Of a stretch of DNA of 64,000 bases, positions 40,727-52,922 are shown in pieces. The notes under the pieces were generated by a model. It searched no databases, had not been told where the DNA came from, and saw only the letters and a program-made list of their open reading frames with translations. Made by a program: the position numbers and the translations under genes. Source of the stretch: Basidiobolus meristosporus CBS 931.73 (taxonomy: Eukaryota > Fungi > Basidiobolomycota); assembly GCA_002104905.1 (NCBI GenBank), contig MCFE01000099.1, positions 108,545-172,544 of the forward strand. Direction: 5' to 3'. Every line of letters begins with the position of its first letter. The first letter of the stretch is position 1.

Positions 40727-41176
40727 TCACCGAGAGTCTGGCCAGCATATGAGGCGTATCCAGTGGAGAACAAAATGAAGATAGCCTTGGCCTATGGCGA
40801 CAAAGGGATGGGAATGGGAATGGACCGAGAGGTTCAGATCGCATTGGCTGTCACAAATCAACACTTTCGGGGGACATCCACAAATATGAATGCCAGGGAT
40901 TTTTATCATGGTTCTCTGGGTTTCACATAAATATCGATTGAACATACACAGGTGTCTCTTACAGGGATTCCATCGAATTCTATTCTCCCCCGGGGTCCAC
41001 TCCGTTACATCCTACCTGTTCAGGACCATCTTGTTCGCCCTTCGTCGGGTAAGGAAGTGTCCGGATAAGATACGGTGGATCCGTTCCTCGAAGCCGAAGC
41101 CACCCTTCAGCTTGTCTCTGGCGAGGGTGACCGATGTGAAGGCGAGTAAAGTCAGTCCAACAGAGTTGAGGTGCAT
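40727..41176 (-). CDS. Possible small secreted protein or pseudogene
   Basis: An ATG at 41176 opens MHLNSVGLTLLAFTSVTLA-RDKL (signal-peptide-like) followed by a GT donor; downstream exons could not be resolved convincingly. Confidence 0.25.
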
Positions 41177-41958
41177 GGCCTAATGAAGACACTGGTAAGC
41201 GTGGAGGTGCGAAATGGGTTGGGTGGCGGAGATCCCAGTCTGGCATCAAGTGCGGGCCATTGTCAAATTTATTGCTTCACTTCGGCATGCACAACAAACA
41301 CCGCCTCACGGGGAAACGCAGTCCAATGCGCCTTCGGGCTTGCTTGGGAAGAATCAAGGGATGAGGTGCAGGTGGGTTTGCTGGTGCGTATGCCAACTGC
41401 TGCACAGAAGAGTGGACTTCCATCAGTCATTTCCTTGGGTGCAAATACAGCTGGCACCGGATGGCCGACGCAAGCCATCCACCATGATTCATGGGAATCA
41501 AGATATTCCCAAGCTCCTCAATTGGTGATTTGCCTCTGCATGGTTACACCCTTGGTAATCGTACTGCACCGCCCAAACATGCCACATGTATCGGCATCGC
41601 ACAGCGCTAATCTGTGGTCCACCGAAGCTCGGGAAGAACCTAGCAGACGCCCCAAACACGGATCATCCATCTTGTTATCTATCTAAAAGCACCTGCTCGG
41701 CCATTGAGGCGTTCGCTGGCTCGTAGAGGTGTCTCTGTGGCAGACCACTTATGCTACCAAGGAAATTGGCGATTAATGCTGATGGATACCTAGGATCCAG
41801 TGGAGTTCCAATCCCGAAAAGCTGGGGAAGATCGGGCATCCTTGGTGGTTTTCAAGATGCTAAGCCTGAGTGCAGACTGAGTAGGGATTTATTGAGATGT
41901 TACAACCAAATTAAGCTAGTGTTAGTGTTTGGTGGGGTGGGGTGGGAACGGTTGATGC

Positions 41959-42357
41959 TTAGAGAGGCTTTCTGTTGACGAACTGGCCACCAGTCGTCCC
42001 CTCTCTTACGAAGGTCGCGTCGTTTTTGGCCAGCCAGTTCTCAAGCAGTTGAAGGTTATAGACGTTAGCTTTGTAGACCACATCGAGGAAGTCCCCGACC
42101 GCCGGGATCATCCCGATCAAGGCATCTATGAAGATGTTGAGCAACATCATACCGATCAGCGTTATAGGGATGCCAAAACGAGTCGACAGGTAGACCTGAT
42201 AGAGGGATATCAGTACACCGGCAAAGTCGCCGATTCCGGGGATCAACCCAATCAGAGGGTCCAACCCTATGCCGAACGGCAATCCTGGAATGGCGTCCAT
42301 GTAGGAAGCGAATCTCCGGATGTTGTTTAATAGACGCTGCTTACTGTTGGAGTCCAT
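41959..42357 (-). CDS. DUF4112-family membrane protein
   Basis: MD..IPG..FGIGLDPLIGLIPGIGD..G...SLY..Y....G.P..L...M..NI..D..IG.IP.VGD..DV.YKAN..N..LL pattern. Confidence 0.9.
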   Translation of the reverse strand: MDSNSKQRLLNNIRRFASYMDAIPGLPFGIGLDPLIGLIPGIGDFAGVLISLYQVYLSTRFGIPITLIGMMLLNIFIDALIGMIPAVGDFLDVVYKANVYNLQLLENWLAKNDATFVREGTTGGQFVNRKPL

Positions 42358-43102
42358 GTTCACAGTGGAGTAAGGTATGCGTGGGAGGGGGGTGCGCTGG
42401 GGTGTATTAGGGCAAGGATAATCCAAGTTACTGGAGGGCACCCACCCGCCAGGAAATCCACTATATATCATTTGCGAATGGCATTCGTCACCATCAAGAA
42501 ATTAACACATGATTTCATCATGTTCCCTCCCTTTCGCTCGTCTCATTCAAGCCTTGGCTTGCATGAATTCCCCAATTACAAAGTAGTGACGAAAGTGCGA
42601 CCTTCCGATGGGTCTGATTTGGCTCTGAGCACCCTCAAGCAGCGATCATGCACGGGCGTCTGATTGCGGCAGTGACGTGGAGAGGATTCGAAACGGCCTC
42701 AAGACGCAGAGCAAGTAATCCTTGGCAGAGCTATCGACGTGAGGACGCTGGTGCCGAAGGAGTGTGTCCACGGGGGGTGCGAAGGGTTGAAGACCGAATC
42801 GAAAAGTTCTTTCTCAGCCGAAGTCGAGTATACGACCCCAATGAATCCCATTTATTTGTCCTGTGGTTAGAATGATGGGTGCGAGTCGAGTATTTGGGAA
42901 CATATCCGGGGTGTGGAGGGAGGGGGTAGGGTTTGCCGAAGCTGTTACATTAAGTTGCTAAATAGGACCAAGGCGGGGATATATATACTCTGTATGTACA
43001 GAGTGATAAACACTCTTTGGCTAAATTTTGATGTGGTGCTGGGGGGAGAGGCAGACATGGGAGATACTTGGTCTCCAGGGTTACACTGAGACCTCGACTT
43101 GA

Positions 43103-44041
43103 TCAACATGATCGTTTGTAGCCCAACTGTAATACGCCTAGAGGGACATCATCCTCATCGCATGGTTGATAGGGGGGTGGTGGCAATGGTGATGATGCTG
43201 GGATGAAACGTTTCGTACAATGCGATCCACCAGTGGCGAGCAATGGTAGGCTTGGGTTTGGGTTGGATGAAAGGGTTGATGAGGTGGTTTTTGTGACGCG
43301 AGAGTTTCTGCGTTCGTGTATAGACTCTGGATGCAGTCCCTCCGTGATCAGTGCGTGGTGGGCTCGGGTGATGGTTTGATGTATGAGCAGAATGTCCCGG
43401 AGACCACGGTGCTCGCAGCTCTTCAGTTTGTGTAATCCTTGGAAGTAGGCGATTGTAGAGGGGCTAGCCCGTGACCTGGCCACGTTGTCCGAGAGCTGAT
43501 CCGGATAGCTGAGCAGCCTGGGTACTTGTGGCTGATGTGGTTGAGCGTCCACTCTGGGCATGGTGATATTATTGCTCTGGCCCGCCACTGCGGCGGGGAT
43601 TCCTTTGGGATCCGGTCTTTCGAGGCCGTCGGTATTTCTCTCAAGCTGGAACAACTCCTCGTCATTAGGAGGGACAATGCCATCGCGTGCGCGCCCGTGA
43701 CCGGGTTTCAATCTCAGGAAGCGACTCAACGAAAATGATTGAAGCAACAGAGCGGTAACATTCTCGAAGTTTAGCCGGGGACTGGTGATTGGCCGAGTGG
43801 CGGCAACGGCCAAGGAGGCCGAGGCTCGTTTTGAAGCTGGTACGGATGCGACATGACAACCGGGGGAGTCCTTCTTCTTCTTGTCCGAGCGCTCAAACAG
43901 CTTCCTGAAGCGACTTTGCAGCTTTGCCGATCGTTCGTAAGTCTTCGCCGGCTGGCTGGAATGATACAGATGTGGTCGGTCCGATGGGGCATTCTGGACA
44001 CTTACGCCAGACATGATGGGATGTGGGTGCCGTCGAAACAC
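43103..44041 (-). CDS. Hypothetical Ser/Pro-rich protein with a C-terminal PPPPY motif
   Basis: 312-codon uninterrupted ORF in the CpG-normal region with a TATA-like upstream sequence; no family recognised with confidence. Confidence 0.7.
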   Translation of the reverse strand: MFRRHPHPIMSGVSVQNAPSDRPHLYHSSQPAKTYERSAKLQSRFRKLFERSDKKKKDSPGCHVASVPASKRASASLAVAATRPITSPRLNFENVTALLLQSFSLSRFLRLKPGHGRARDGIVPPNDEELFQLERNTDGLERPDPKGIPAAVAGQSNNITMPRVDAQPHQPQVPRLLSYPDQLSDNVARSRASPSTIAYFQGLHKLKSCEHRGLRDILLIHQTITRAHHALITEGLHPESIHERRNSRVTKTTSSTLSSNPNPSLPLLATGGSHCTKRFIPASSPLPPPPYQPCDEDDVPLGVLQLGYKRSC

Positions 44042-46072
44042 CTACTCAAGGCACTTCAATTACAGGAACTAGATGACTGGTGCGATGCAGCAGTTGAAAT
44101 TATGATGCAACCGAACGCTTGCCAGTGGATCACACAAGGGTGCTGAAGGGAAGTAATGGTGTGGTGGTTTGAAAAATGGGATCAGCACGCGGGCCGCTCA
44201 ATTTATAGGGCAGTCCAGGTCGAGGTAACACTGGTGTTAACCCGTATCGACCATGAAACACAGATCTGGTTGATACTATCCTTTGTGGCTGGGTCATCCG
44301 TTCTCTGACGAGAAATCATTCGGCCAATTCCTAAATGAAAACTAATGTAAAAGTTACAACTCGAGCGACGCTAACCAGTGTCCTTGATGCGTGTGTCAAG
44401 GGGACCTTAGACGGGCCAAGGGCATTGAGCGTGAATATGTTGAAGAGATCTGGAACGAGTGACGAGTTGTTTCGGGCGATGCACAATGGCATTGGTTTAG
44501 CTCGATTGCTTCACAGTTACCTACTGGCCGCACCTGATTGGCAAGCAGGAATATTAAAAAGTAATGGAGCGAAACCAAGCTGCGAACCACTCTTCCCTGA
44601 TAAATTCGGGCCAATCGCCTGACCGTCTCTGGAATTGCCCATCATCACAAACCTCTCCCCCACCAAGCTCATACGGTAAATGTTCGATGGTAAAATCCGT
44701 TTCAATTTAACTTAGCAGTCGAGTCCGCCTAACGAATCGCAGAGAATCCGCGAATTCCCTGAGTCATGCAGTGCCCCTCGGATTGGAAACGGAAAATTGC
44801 CAGCATTTAATTTAATATCCATGATTGTTCCAATGGGTGGGCATTCCGTAATGGATGCCAATGATGCCTGCCAGAGACAGGGAGATGGAGGAGTGCGGCT
44901 CACCCGGTGTTTGTCCAGCGCTATCGGACGCTTATCAGCTACACCGAACCTTCCATAAGCGTACATGAGCACATATCGCAGTGATACGTTTCTAATCATG
45001 TGTCATGCTCAGGTCTAGTTGACATGCAATGTGCTACAGTGACTTGATATCTTTGTAATCTTTGCCACCAGTGGCTATCAGCTACGACCGCAAGTGGACG
45101 CTGCAGGTCCAAGTCGTCCTTTCGTAAGGGAATCGATGAGGCAACGATTACTGACCCTGCAGACTACTGATGGCCCCTCTGAGACTAGCAAACTGTGGCA
45201 TCCGAAAATCCGCCCTTATTTGTCACGTCAGTAGGCGAAATGTATTGGCTCTGCCCTATCTGACAAGTCTATCCAATGTCATCATGCCATAATCCCCCGT
45301 TCAAAACCTCAGTTACGTATCACGGGTCAGGCTCTGTTCTCGAGCAGTGCTCATCATACACAACTGGAGCAGCAATATCCCACGCAAGAAGTGTGAGCGT
45401 GCTCGGTGCTATCATCATGGCGCTGTCGTCAGACGCACCCATAGTGTGCAATAAGGGGTTACGACACGACGCCAAGCCTCCGATCAGTCGGTGCGTCAAT
45501 GGAGAGCGAACGATTCTCGTACGTCGAAGGCTCCTTCTGGGTTGATACACATCAGTGAGCCAAGCTATTTCGTGGCGTCGGGGGTGAAGTAGAGGCATTG
45601 GAGCACGGCTCGCAAGCCATATTAGTACTAGTTTTGCGATGCCGGTAGGTTCGCGCACAACCCCAGGCCTAACAGGTCGTCCCATCCGACATACGGACGC
45701 AGCAGCCTTCAGTCTCAGATGATCAGCGGGTCTTATGCTTGCTCCAGCATGAGCCAACTGCATTTGGGAGAGAGCAAAAAAGCCGTAGAGTGCAAATCTG
45801 ACGCTTGTGCCCAAACAGCCAGTGAGCCTACCTGATGAACGGATGGTTGGCCATGCCTCACAAGAATAATCTCCCTAATCCCCAGCTTGATAGATGATCC
45901 AACTAATCAGTTTATTCGTTCTAAAACAATGGTGGACGCAAATCAGCTCAATCCTTGCCTCATTCTTCCCTGAGCCCGACTGATAGGCACTTTTGTAGTG
46001 GCGTAACAAGGGCCAGGGAGATATGATGATATTCAATACAGGCCCAGTTCGACCTCGATCCACCAAAGCTGC

Positions 46073-46807
46073 TCAAACAGGCATCTTCCAATCCAAAATC
46101 TCGGTTAGGCTTTGGATTGCCTCGGTATTGTTGGCCAGCGCTTTGGCGTACTTCACTGGGTCTCTCTCCAAATACAATGCGTGGAGCCCAGCACGCTTGG
46201 CTGCCTCGAAATCCTTGGCATAGTCGTCCCCTACGTGGAGAGTCTCCGTTGGCTTGACCTTGGCGACGTCCACTGCGTGGTGGAAAATCCCAGGCGCCGG
46301 TTTCTCCTCCCCATACCCGGAGCTGGTGATGACGAATTCGAAATCTTCCAATATCCCCAGGGAGTCCATGACCTCGGTGACCCGTTGGTCGCAATTCGTG
46401 ATGACGGCCAGCTGGACCTTGGTTTTCCGCAACTCTTTCAATAAAGACTTCGTGTCGCTGTAAAGCTCGTATCCTTCGGAGGAGTTGAAGCCATCGTATA
46501 TCAGCTTGAAAGTATCCTCGAACACAGGATGCAGAGCTTCTTTCGATACGCCTGCGCCGAGGAAGGTGTTGTTAACCACGGACTTCCACCACTCCCTACT
46601 TTCCAGGCCGTGCAATTTCCCGTAATTAGGGAAGCTCTCCGCTTGCTTCATAAACGCTTGTTTGAAACTGTGTGCTATTTGCTGCTCTTCGATATGAACA
46701 CCGCACTTTCCCAAGGCCCTGGCATATTGGGCGGCTACGGTTCCCTTGGGGGTGAACAGGGTCCCGTAAGCGTCGAAAGTGATTAGACGTAAAAGTGGAT
46801 GCGCCAT
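46073..46807 (-). CDS. HAD-superfamily hydrolase (HDHD3/REG-2-like)
   Basis: LITFDAYGTLF (motif I), VITN (II), EEKP.PGIF (III) and HVGDDYAKDFEAAKRAG (IV); start taken at MAHP. Confidence 0.93.
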   Translation of the reverse strand: MAHPLLRLITFDAYGTLFTPKGTVAAQYARALGKCGVHIEEQQIAHSFKQAFMKQAESFPNYGKLHGLESREWWKSVVNNTFLGAGVSKEALHPVFEDTFKLIYDGFNSSEGYELYSDTKSLLKELRKTKVQLAVITNCDQRVTEVMDSLGILEDFEFVITSSGYGEEKPAPGIFHHAVDVAKVKPTETLHVGDDYAKDFEAAKRAGLHALYLERDPVKYAKALANNTEAIQSLTEILDWKMPV

Positions 46808-47456
46808 AAAGTCAACGTGGCCTCTCTTGGGGTAGTGACGAGCCCAAATCGACTGGATATATAGAGAAAGGATGGTTGAATTCTGGATAGAATCCTTGCT
46901 CAAGATCGATTATCAAGCATATGGGATCTAATCAAACTGTAAACAAGATTGGAATCAAATAGCCAGACAACGCACCTACCCGGAACGGTGTAGCAAAACC
47001 ACATTTACCCATGGGTGCCCAATCACACCGGTAAGATTTGCCGTCGTGACAATGATATGGATGTAGTAATATAAACAGTTTATGAACAGAAAAGGGTCAC
47101 GGCGTTAAGTTTACATTCACACCAATCGAACGTGGCGATAAAAATCAAATGGGCCACTGGGAAGTAATCTGTGGGGGATCGATCAGCTAAGAGACGGCCG
47201 GGAGAATTATTGGTATGCTGTACTGATTGAAGAATGGTATTCAGAATTCTTTACAGGGTTTACACGCTACGATCAACATAGCAGCAATGGGACTTTCGGT
47301 TTGGACAAAATTAGATACAAAGAGAAGCACGAAAGTCGGGTTGCTTACAGGATGCCTGATCACTGAGGTGAAAGAACGGACCATATTGGCTGATTACTGC
47401 TCGGTCCTTTCTTGGCTCGGCTCCTCTTCGATTAAATCTAGCATTCCTTGTCGCAC

Positions 47457-49666
47457 TTATTCGCATTTTAAACTTAGCTCTCGTATGTCAGCTTCTTCTG
47501 CATATCGCAGGAATAAGCACTTTGGGAATACAGTGACATCTGGTCGAAAGGGATATCGTCTGGACAAGGTCTGGAACGAGAGTAGCCGTTTGATGACGGA
47601 GGCAGTGATGTGATGTTTGTGAAAATTAATTAGCGCGGGCAAACCATCTGAGGGTGGAGGCAAGTAGGATGGCTGTTCGGAGTTGTACGTCAGGTCTGAC
47701 AAGAATAACCCAAAGAAAGGAATACATGCTTCCCCAACCATCTTGCAGTCCTCCCGCTCTGGGTTGCTCCACATCAGATGGCGGTAGTCCTCACTAGCCT
47801 TGCGCATGGCGCTGCGTATATTTCCCCAATTCTTACAGGGGCTGGTGAATTCCTTAAGCTCCTCAAACGTGCGTTTCTCCTGTACCCCCACTCTCTCCCA
47901 AGTTCGTGAAAGCCGCGAGACATTCGAGGACTGCAGCCCCAGGAGGATCTGCAGTAGCGTACTATAGTTTCGATGCTGGTAACAGCGCTACGAACAATCA
48001 ATTAACGATCCAGCTACGAAGACAGTTAGGACTTAGATGCACAGCAATTACCATGGCGATGCGAATCAGCTTCTCAACAATGCATGTGCGCTCTTCTACG
48101 GTATCTGAAGTTACTACCTCTGTAGCCACCCACTGGCACATCTAAACGAATTTGGTAAGCATCGAGCTGTACAACATCCAAATGAATCCACTCACGATAT
48201 TGAATCGCTCGATCTGTGCTAGAACTTCGTTACATTTGTCGTGGCCATCCTTGGCTGCACTATCTTTCCACTGCACCCCAATCAACTCGTGCCATTGAAC
48301 GGCACACAAATAGTGCTGCTCAATGATGCAGAATTGCTGCGCTATCGTTTCCGTGGGGTACGAGAGAAGAAAGGAGCGTTTTTGTCGAGGGTTAGCGGGG
48401 GAGCAGGGGATAGAGTTGGCCGGGCTACTGGAGAGTTCAACATCTACGGTATATTCGTCGCTAACGGCAGAGAGCTGCGAAGATCTGGCAGAACTTTCTG
48501 AAAGGGAAGGCATCTGCGTTTGTGCCGCATACATGTCGAAGCTCAGAAGCGATCTGTGCTGGTGCCTCATGGACGAATTGAAGAGTGCCACATTGCTTCG
48601 GTACTCCTCGAATTTTCTGGAGCATCCGGAGAAGGAGCTATCGAAAGACTCAAAGGAGCACTTGTTCACAAGCCTTCGATCGCGGTTACCATCCAGCGGC
48701 ATTGGTGACTCTGTGAGCTTCTTAGTGTGCTCTTTGGCGGCTTTCTTCTTCCTTTTGTATAGCTCATATAGATCAGTGACAAGCACTGACTCTTCCGCGA
48801 GAGTGCTGATCTGGGGATACGAGTGGACAGATTTTAGGAAATTGACCAACGTAAAGCTCAGTGTTGCCGAGGAGGCGAAATCATGCTCGAAATATTCCTT
48901 GAGCCAATATTTAATGACCAAATGGATGTTGACCCGCGTCCTGCGGCTGCCCCGTAAACTTGAATCCATAGAGCTAAGGAACTTGGAGATCAGCAACTTG
49001 CAGAGCTGGACTGGGGATACAAAGAGGCGATACGTCATAAAAAAGTCCGAAATAAACGTATAGTCTATGACACGATGTTTAGCGAGAAGCATTTGCTGGA
49101 GCCGAAAATAGATAGGTACCTGCTGCGCTTACAAGCGTATCCAGTAAAGTCCCTAACGTCGCCACTGAAAGGCGTTTTCCCCTTCGCACATCCGGTTCTC
49201 GAGTCGTGCTGGTCGTCTCTGGTTGAATTCTGGGTTCCTCAAGTCCTGAGGGCTGCGTTTGTTTCAAGTCCGTGCAGGCAACCTCTGATGTCCGGGCACA
49301 GTTGCCCTTCTCTTGTGAAGCAGAAGAGCGTGTTCTGGCGCGTTTGCTAGCCTCGGCGCTTCTTATCATTTGCAGCTTGGAAATACCATCTTTGTCTTCA
49401 GTCAAATCAAAGACGTGTGATATCTCGATCATGGGACGCTGCTCTTTAGGCACGAGGTGTGGGCCAGCTGCAACCTTCATATCCAAAGTTCCGTCATGAG
49501 ATACTCGAGCTGCCTTTGAGAAAGAGGCTGCTGCGTAATTGGTCTTCTCCATCTCTCTTTTGAGAATTGGCAAAAATAGATTATGGGCAGGCTTGCGTGG
49601 TTTAAACTGGTCGGGATTGAGTGGTTCCATATTATCAGAAAGACTTTTCCAAGTACTTGGCCACAT
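47457..49666 (-). CDS. Ras guanine-nucleotide exchange factor (REM + CDC25 domains), Lte1-like
   Basis: ATLGTLLDTL..DYTFISDFFMTYRLFVSP (REM); IAQQFCIIE, IERFN.MCQWVATEV, NYSTLLQILLGLQS..VSRL..TW, CIPFFGLFLSDL, LINFHK (CDC25). Three introns restore the frame, e.g. 49065-49119. Confidence 0.93.
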
Positions 49667-52073
49667 AGTAGTGGTTTACAACAGCAAAATAGCAAGTAGC
49701 TGGAGGAGGGAAGTGAGTAGTGGGCTCGGCTTGGAGAGGATCGGAAAACTTCGAAAGTAATTACGGCACAACCTGCCTCTCCTTTTCATATCCAAGGTGA
49801 AACCTTTAGACTCAGGAGGAGTAGTTTACTACTGAAGGCCTAAAACCAAATGAGAAACCAAGTCGAAGTCGAAGATTTCACCTGTACATCAAAAACCTGT
49901 AATAACCGCCCAGTCTTGGAGCAAGGCGCCCTTCAATTGCATCTAACTGGTTTGATCAACTTGGTAGTTCAATGCTAGACATCACAAGAGTGAAATGAAG
50001 GAGGACAAGCGCATAGCATATGGGCTACACGGGCCTGCGATTGGCTGTCTCCTAACGGCAGGCGGATCAAAGTTGTTGATCTTCGCGAGCAACTACCCGC
50101 GATCTGATCAAACAAACTAGCCGGGGCCTGCCGACAGTGACGTGAGTTGGTGGGAGTTGTAACCTACCCTGCGTATTTGCCATTAGGGAGGTGCGTAGTA
50201 TCGGGATCAACACTGGCGGACATCTGATCGAAATCTGCGCCCATCTGGCATACATTGTTCAGGTGATGTTTTCCTGGCAACCGAAAGCCGCTGCTTATCC
50301 AGAGGCTCTCATTGCATGTCGGAGACCGGCTGGCTAGGCACACGCAAGAGGGAGCTGTGGAGGTCTTGGCGCGATTGCCATAGGCTCCAGGTATCATCAA
50401 GGCTGCATCCTCATCACAAGATCCAATCAGTGCTATATACCGCAATCATTGTAGATAAAATGGTGTGGTTGAGCTTTTTGCAGTGGAGTGAACCAGGGTG
50501 ATTGGCGAAATAAGGATAAATCCATTCCGGTATTTGCATAGCGCAAGTCAGTGGTGCCTCAATCCTGGGAAATGCCAAGAAACAAATATGCCCAGGAAAC
50601 TGCATTGCCCAAACTTCCATACATATATGTTCCCCAAATTGAATCCGGCCAGGCGCCCACTTCCAGTACGGCTGTCGAACTAATCACGATATACTCATAA
50701 CCCCTTCTGGATTGCCCCGTCACACCACCCCTTGTTCCCTTGAAATCCGGCTACACATAAAGATAAACGAGAGTCAGGCTCTGTTATTAGCAATGGCGCA
50801 GACGTTGGGCACCGGACTTTCTGAACCTGCGGTGATACTTTGGCTTTGCTAGCCAGGTTGTTCGCTCTTCTTTACTGTAGGTGGCAGTGAGCTCGAATTT
50901 GGCCGCGGCCATGACAAGTGACTGCTCACGCAAATAGCATGGCTTGATCAAATACCAAGGGGAGGGGTAACGGAAATGCTATAGTTGGCTACCAAGGCCA
51001 CCAGCCACTAGGTGCATCATCGACATCAGCACTCTACCATTTTCCAATTGCATCTTGCTCAAGTTTGTTGGCCGAAACATACGCACCCAATTTCTATGGA
51101 AGTAGATCAGAGTTGCCCGCGAGGTTACCGCTGCTAGTAAGCATGGGCCCAACATTCGTTGGCCATATTTCCTGCGGGTAGGTCGGTTAGATCCAAATCG
51201 TTGTCCGTGCCTTCCACAAGCCCTCGGGCGGTTGCAGATCCTGGCAAGATGCCATCACTCAACGTGAAATCACGATCAGCATGTTACACTAGGCTAGGCC
51301 AGAGGTTACAATAGGACGAGATGTAATCCATACTAAGGATGGCAGTATCAGAAAATTTGGGATATGTTGCATAGGATTCAATAGCGGAATATGTCAGCCG
51401 GTCTTGTACTTGCAGCACCTACAGAGTCTTTCCTTTCATTGTTAATGCCTTGCATCTGAGCCAACATTGGAGCGGAGACCTGGTTTTTTCCGAGGTTTGT
51501 GTCGCACATGGAAACAGTATGTATGTGGTGAGCTCCATGAAGGCAGAAGCCAATGGCATCAGAGCCTGATGGGGATTCGATAAGGTCTGCTCACCTACCA
51601 TCCAAGATTAGGCTTAGTCCCCTGCTAAGAAAGCAGAGGCGTCACCTGACCGTACTAGTAGCAGTTATGAGCTGCAGAGGAGTTGCCATGCAATGGATGT
51701 TCATGTGTTACGCCAATCCGTCCTAAATGAACCACCTAGAACATGTGCTGATAAATGCTACTTCAAGATCCGTAGCTCACGCGTTGAGTAACGGTTATGC
51801 TCGAGCCTTGAGAGGAACGACATATAGAGGAATCAGAGATTGGCGCAAGAATCTGTGGGATACAGTTGCCGCAGTGATTAATAATCAATTTTGGCTATGG
51901 AAATAAGCTGATTAAACGCCACAATGATCGCAGCCACCATCCTACCATACGCCTCAAAGCAGAGAGCAATATAAAAGGTTAGCTATTCAAGAGCAAGTAT
52001 CACAAATCCAAAGTTCAATAGTCAACTTAGCCAAGGCTGATCTTTACGCAGCTTCGTGGATGTACTATTAACC

Positions 52074-52922
52074 ATGTCATCGACTCCCGCACTTGTTCTC
52101 GGGGCCAATGGTCACCTGGGAAAAATCGTTGCTGCTGACCTTGCCGCTCGTAATGTTCCACTTGTTCTTTTTGGCCATAGTAGCCTGCCTGCCTCTTCTG
52201 ATGGTGTAAAGGCGGTTCAGGGCAGCCTTGTTGCTGATGATCCCGGTCTAGCTGAAGCGTTGAAAGATGTTGCTACGGTCGTACATTGCGTGTCTAACCC
52301 CCTTCGTACCCAAGAAATCGATGTCGGTGGTACACAGGCCCTCGTGGATACCATAAAAAAACTCTATCCTTCCGCTGAAAGCCAGCCTCGTATCATCTAC
52401 ATCTCCATTGTTGGTATCGAAGAACATTCCGATTACTTCTACTATAAGGCCAAAGTTGATGCGGAACGAATCATCATTAGCTCAGGAGTCCCTCACACAA
52501 TTCTTCGCACAGCTCAATGGCATCCGTTTATTAAAGTTATCGCAGACCAGTTTCTTGGATTAAAAGATCCTTCCGCAGATTGCTATACTGTTCCCACTGG
52601 TGTTGATTTGCGCCCGGTATCTATTGAAGAAGTTGGTGGTAAGGTAGTAGAGCTAGTTCTCAGCGGGAAGGCTGAAGGATGTCTGCCAGATATGGTTGGG
52701 CCTGAGTTTCTTTCCTTGGAGCAAGCTGTAACTATCTACCTTAAATCACGTCAAAGTCATGCCCAACTGAAGCTCTATGACCCAGTGTCACCTGACTACC
52801 CGGACTCCATGTTCCGTGCCTTCAATGGTAATGCTCGTGATCCTATTGATCCAAAATTCTTTATTTTGGGTAAGCAAACGTGGGAAGAGTTTCTCAATGA
52901 TCCCAACAGTAGGTTTTGGTGA
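52074..52922 (+). CDS. Atypical SDR / NmrA-like NAD(P)-binding protein, intronless, bacterial-type
   Basis: Rossmann GANGHLG; VVHC, DVGGT, YISIVG, YYKAKVDAERII..SGVPHTILRTAQWH and GPE motifs. Confidence 0.88.
   Translation: MSSTPALVLGANGHLGKIVAADLAARNVPLVLFGHSSLPASSDGVKAVQGSLVADDPGLAEALKDVATVVHCVSNPLRTQEIDVGGTQALVDTIKKLYPSAESQPRIIYISIVGIEEHSDYFYYKAKVDAERIIISSGVPHTILRTAQWHPFIKVIADQFLGLKDPSADCYTVPTGVDLRPVSIEEVGGKVVELVLSGKAEGCLPDMVGPEFLSLEQAVTIYLKSRQSHAQLKLYDPVSPDYPDSMFRAFNGNARDPIDPKFFILGKQTWEEFLNDPNSRFW

Noticed and set aside
45320-45814. 164-aa ORF with a signal-peptide-like start
   Set aside because: It starts at TTG within what looks like an intron (GTAGGC..TGCAG), has Arg/Pro-rich non-protein-like composition and no recognisable domain.
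34826-49063. Long antisense or alternative-frame ORFs (34826..35263, 35969..36571, 36875..37654, 48323..49063)
   Set aside because: Shadow ORFs opposite well-supported NRAMP, GGT and RasGEF genes, with no motifs of their own.
49950-51300. Protein-like stretches on the minus strand
   Set aside because: Interrupted by many stops and not assignable to any family; at most an unidentified pseudogene.
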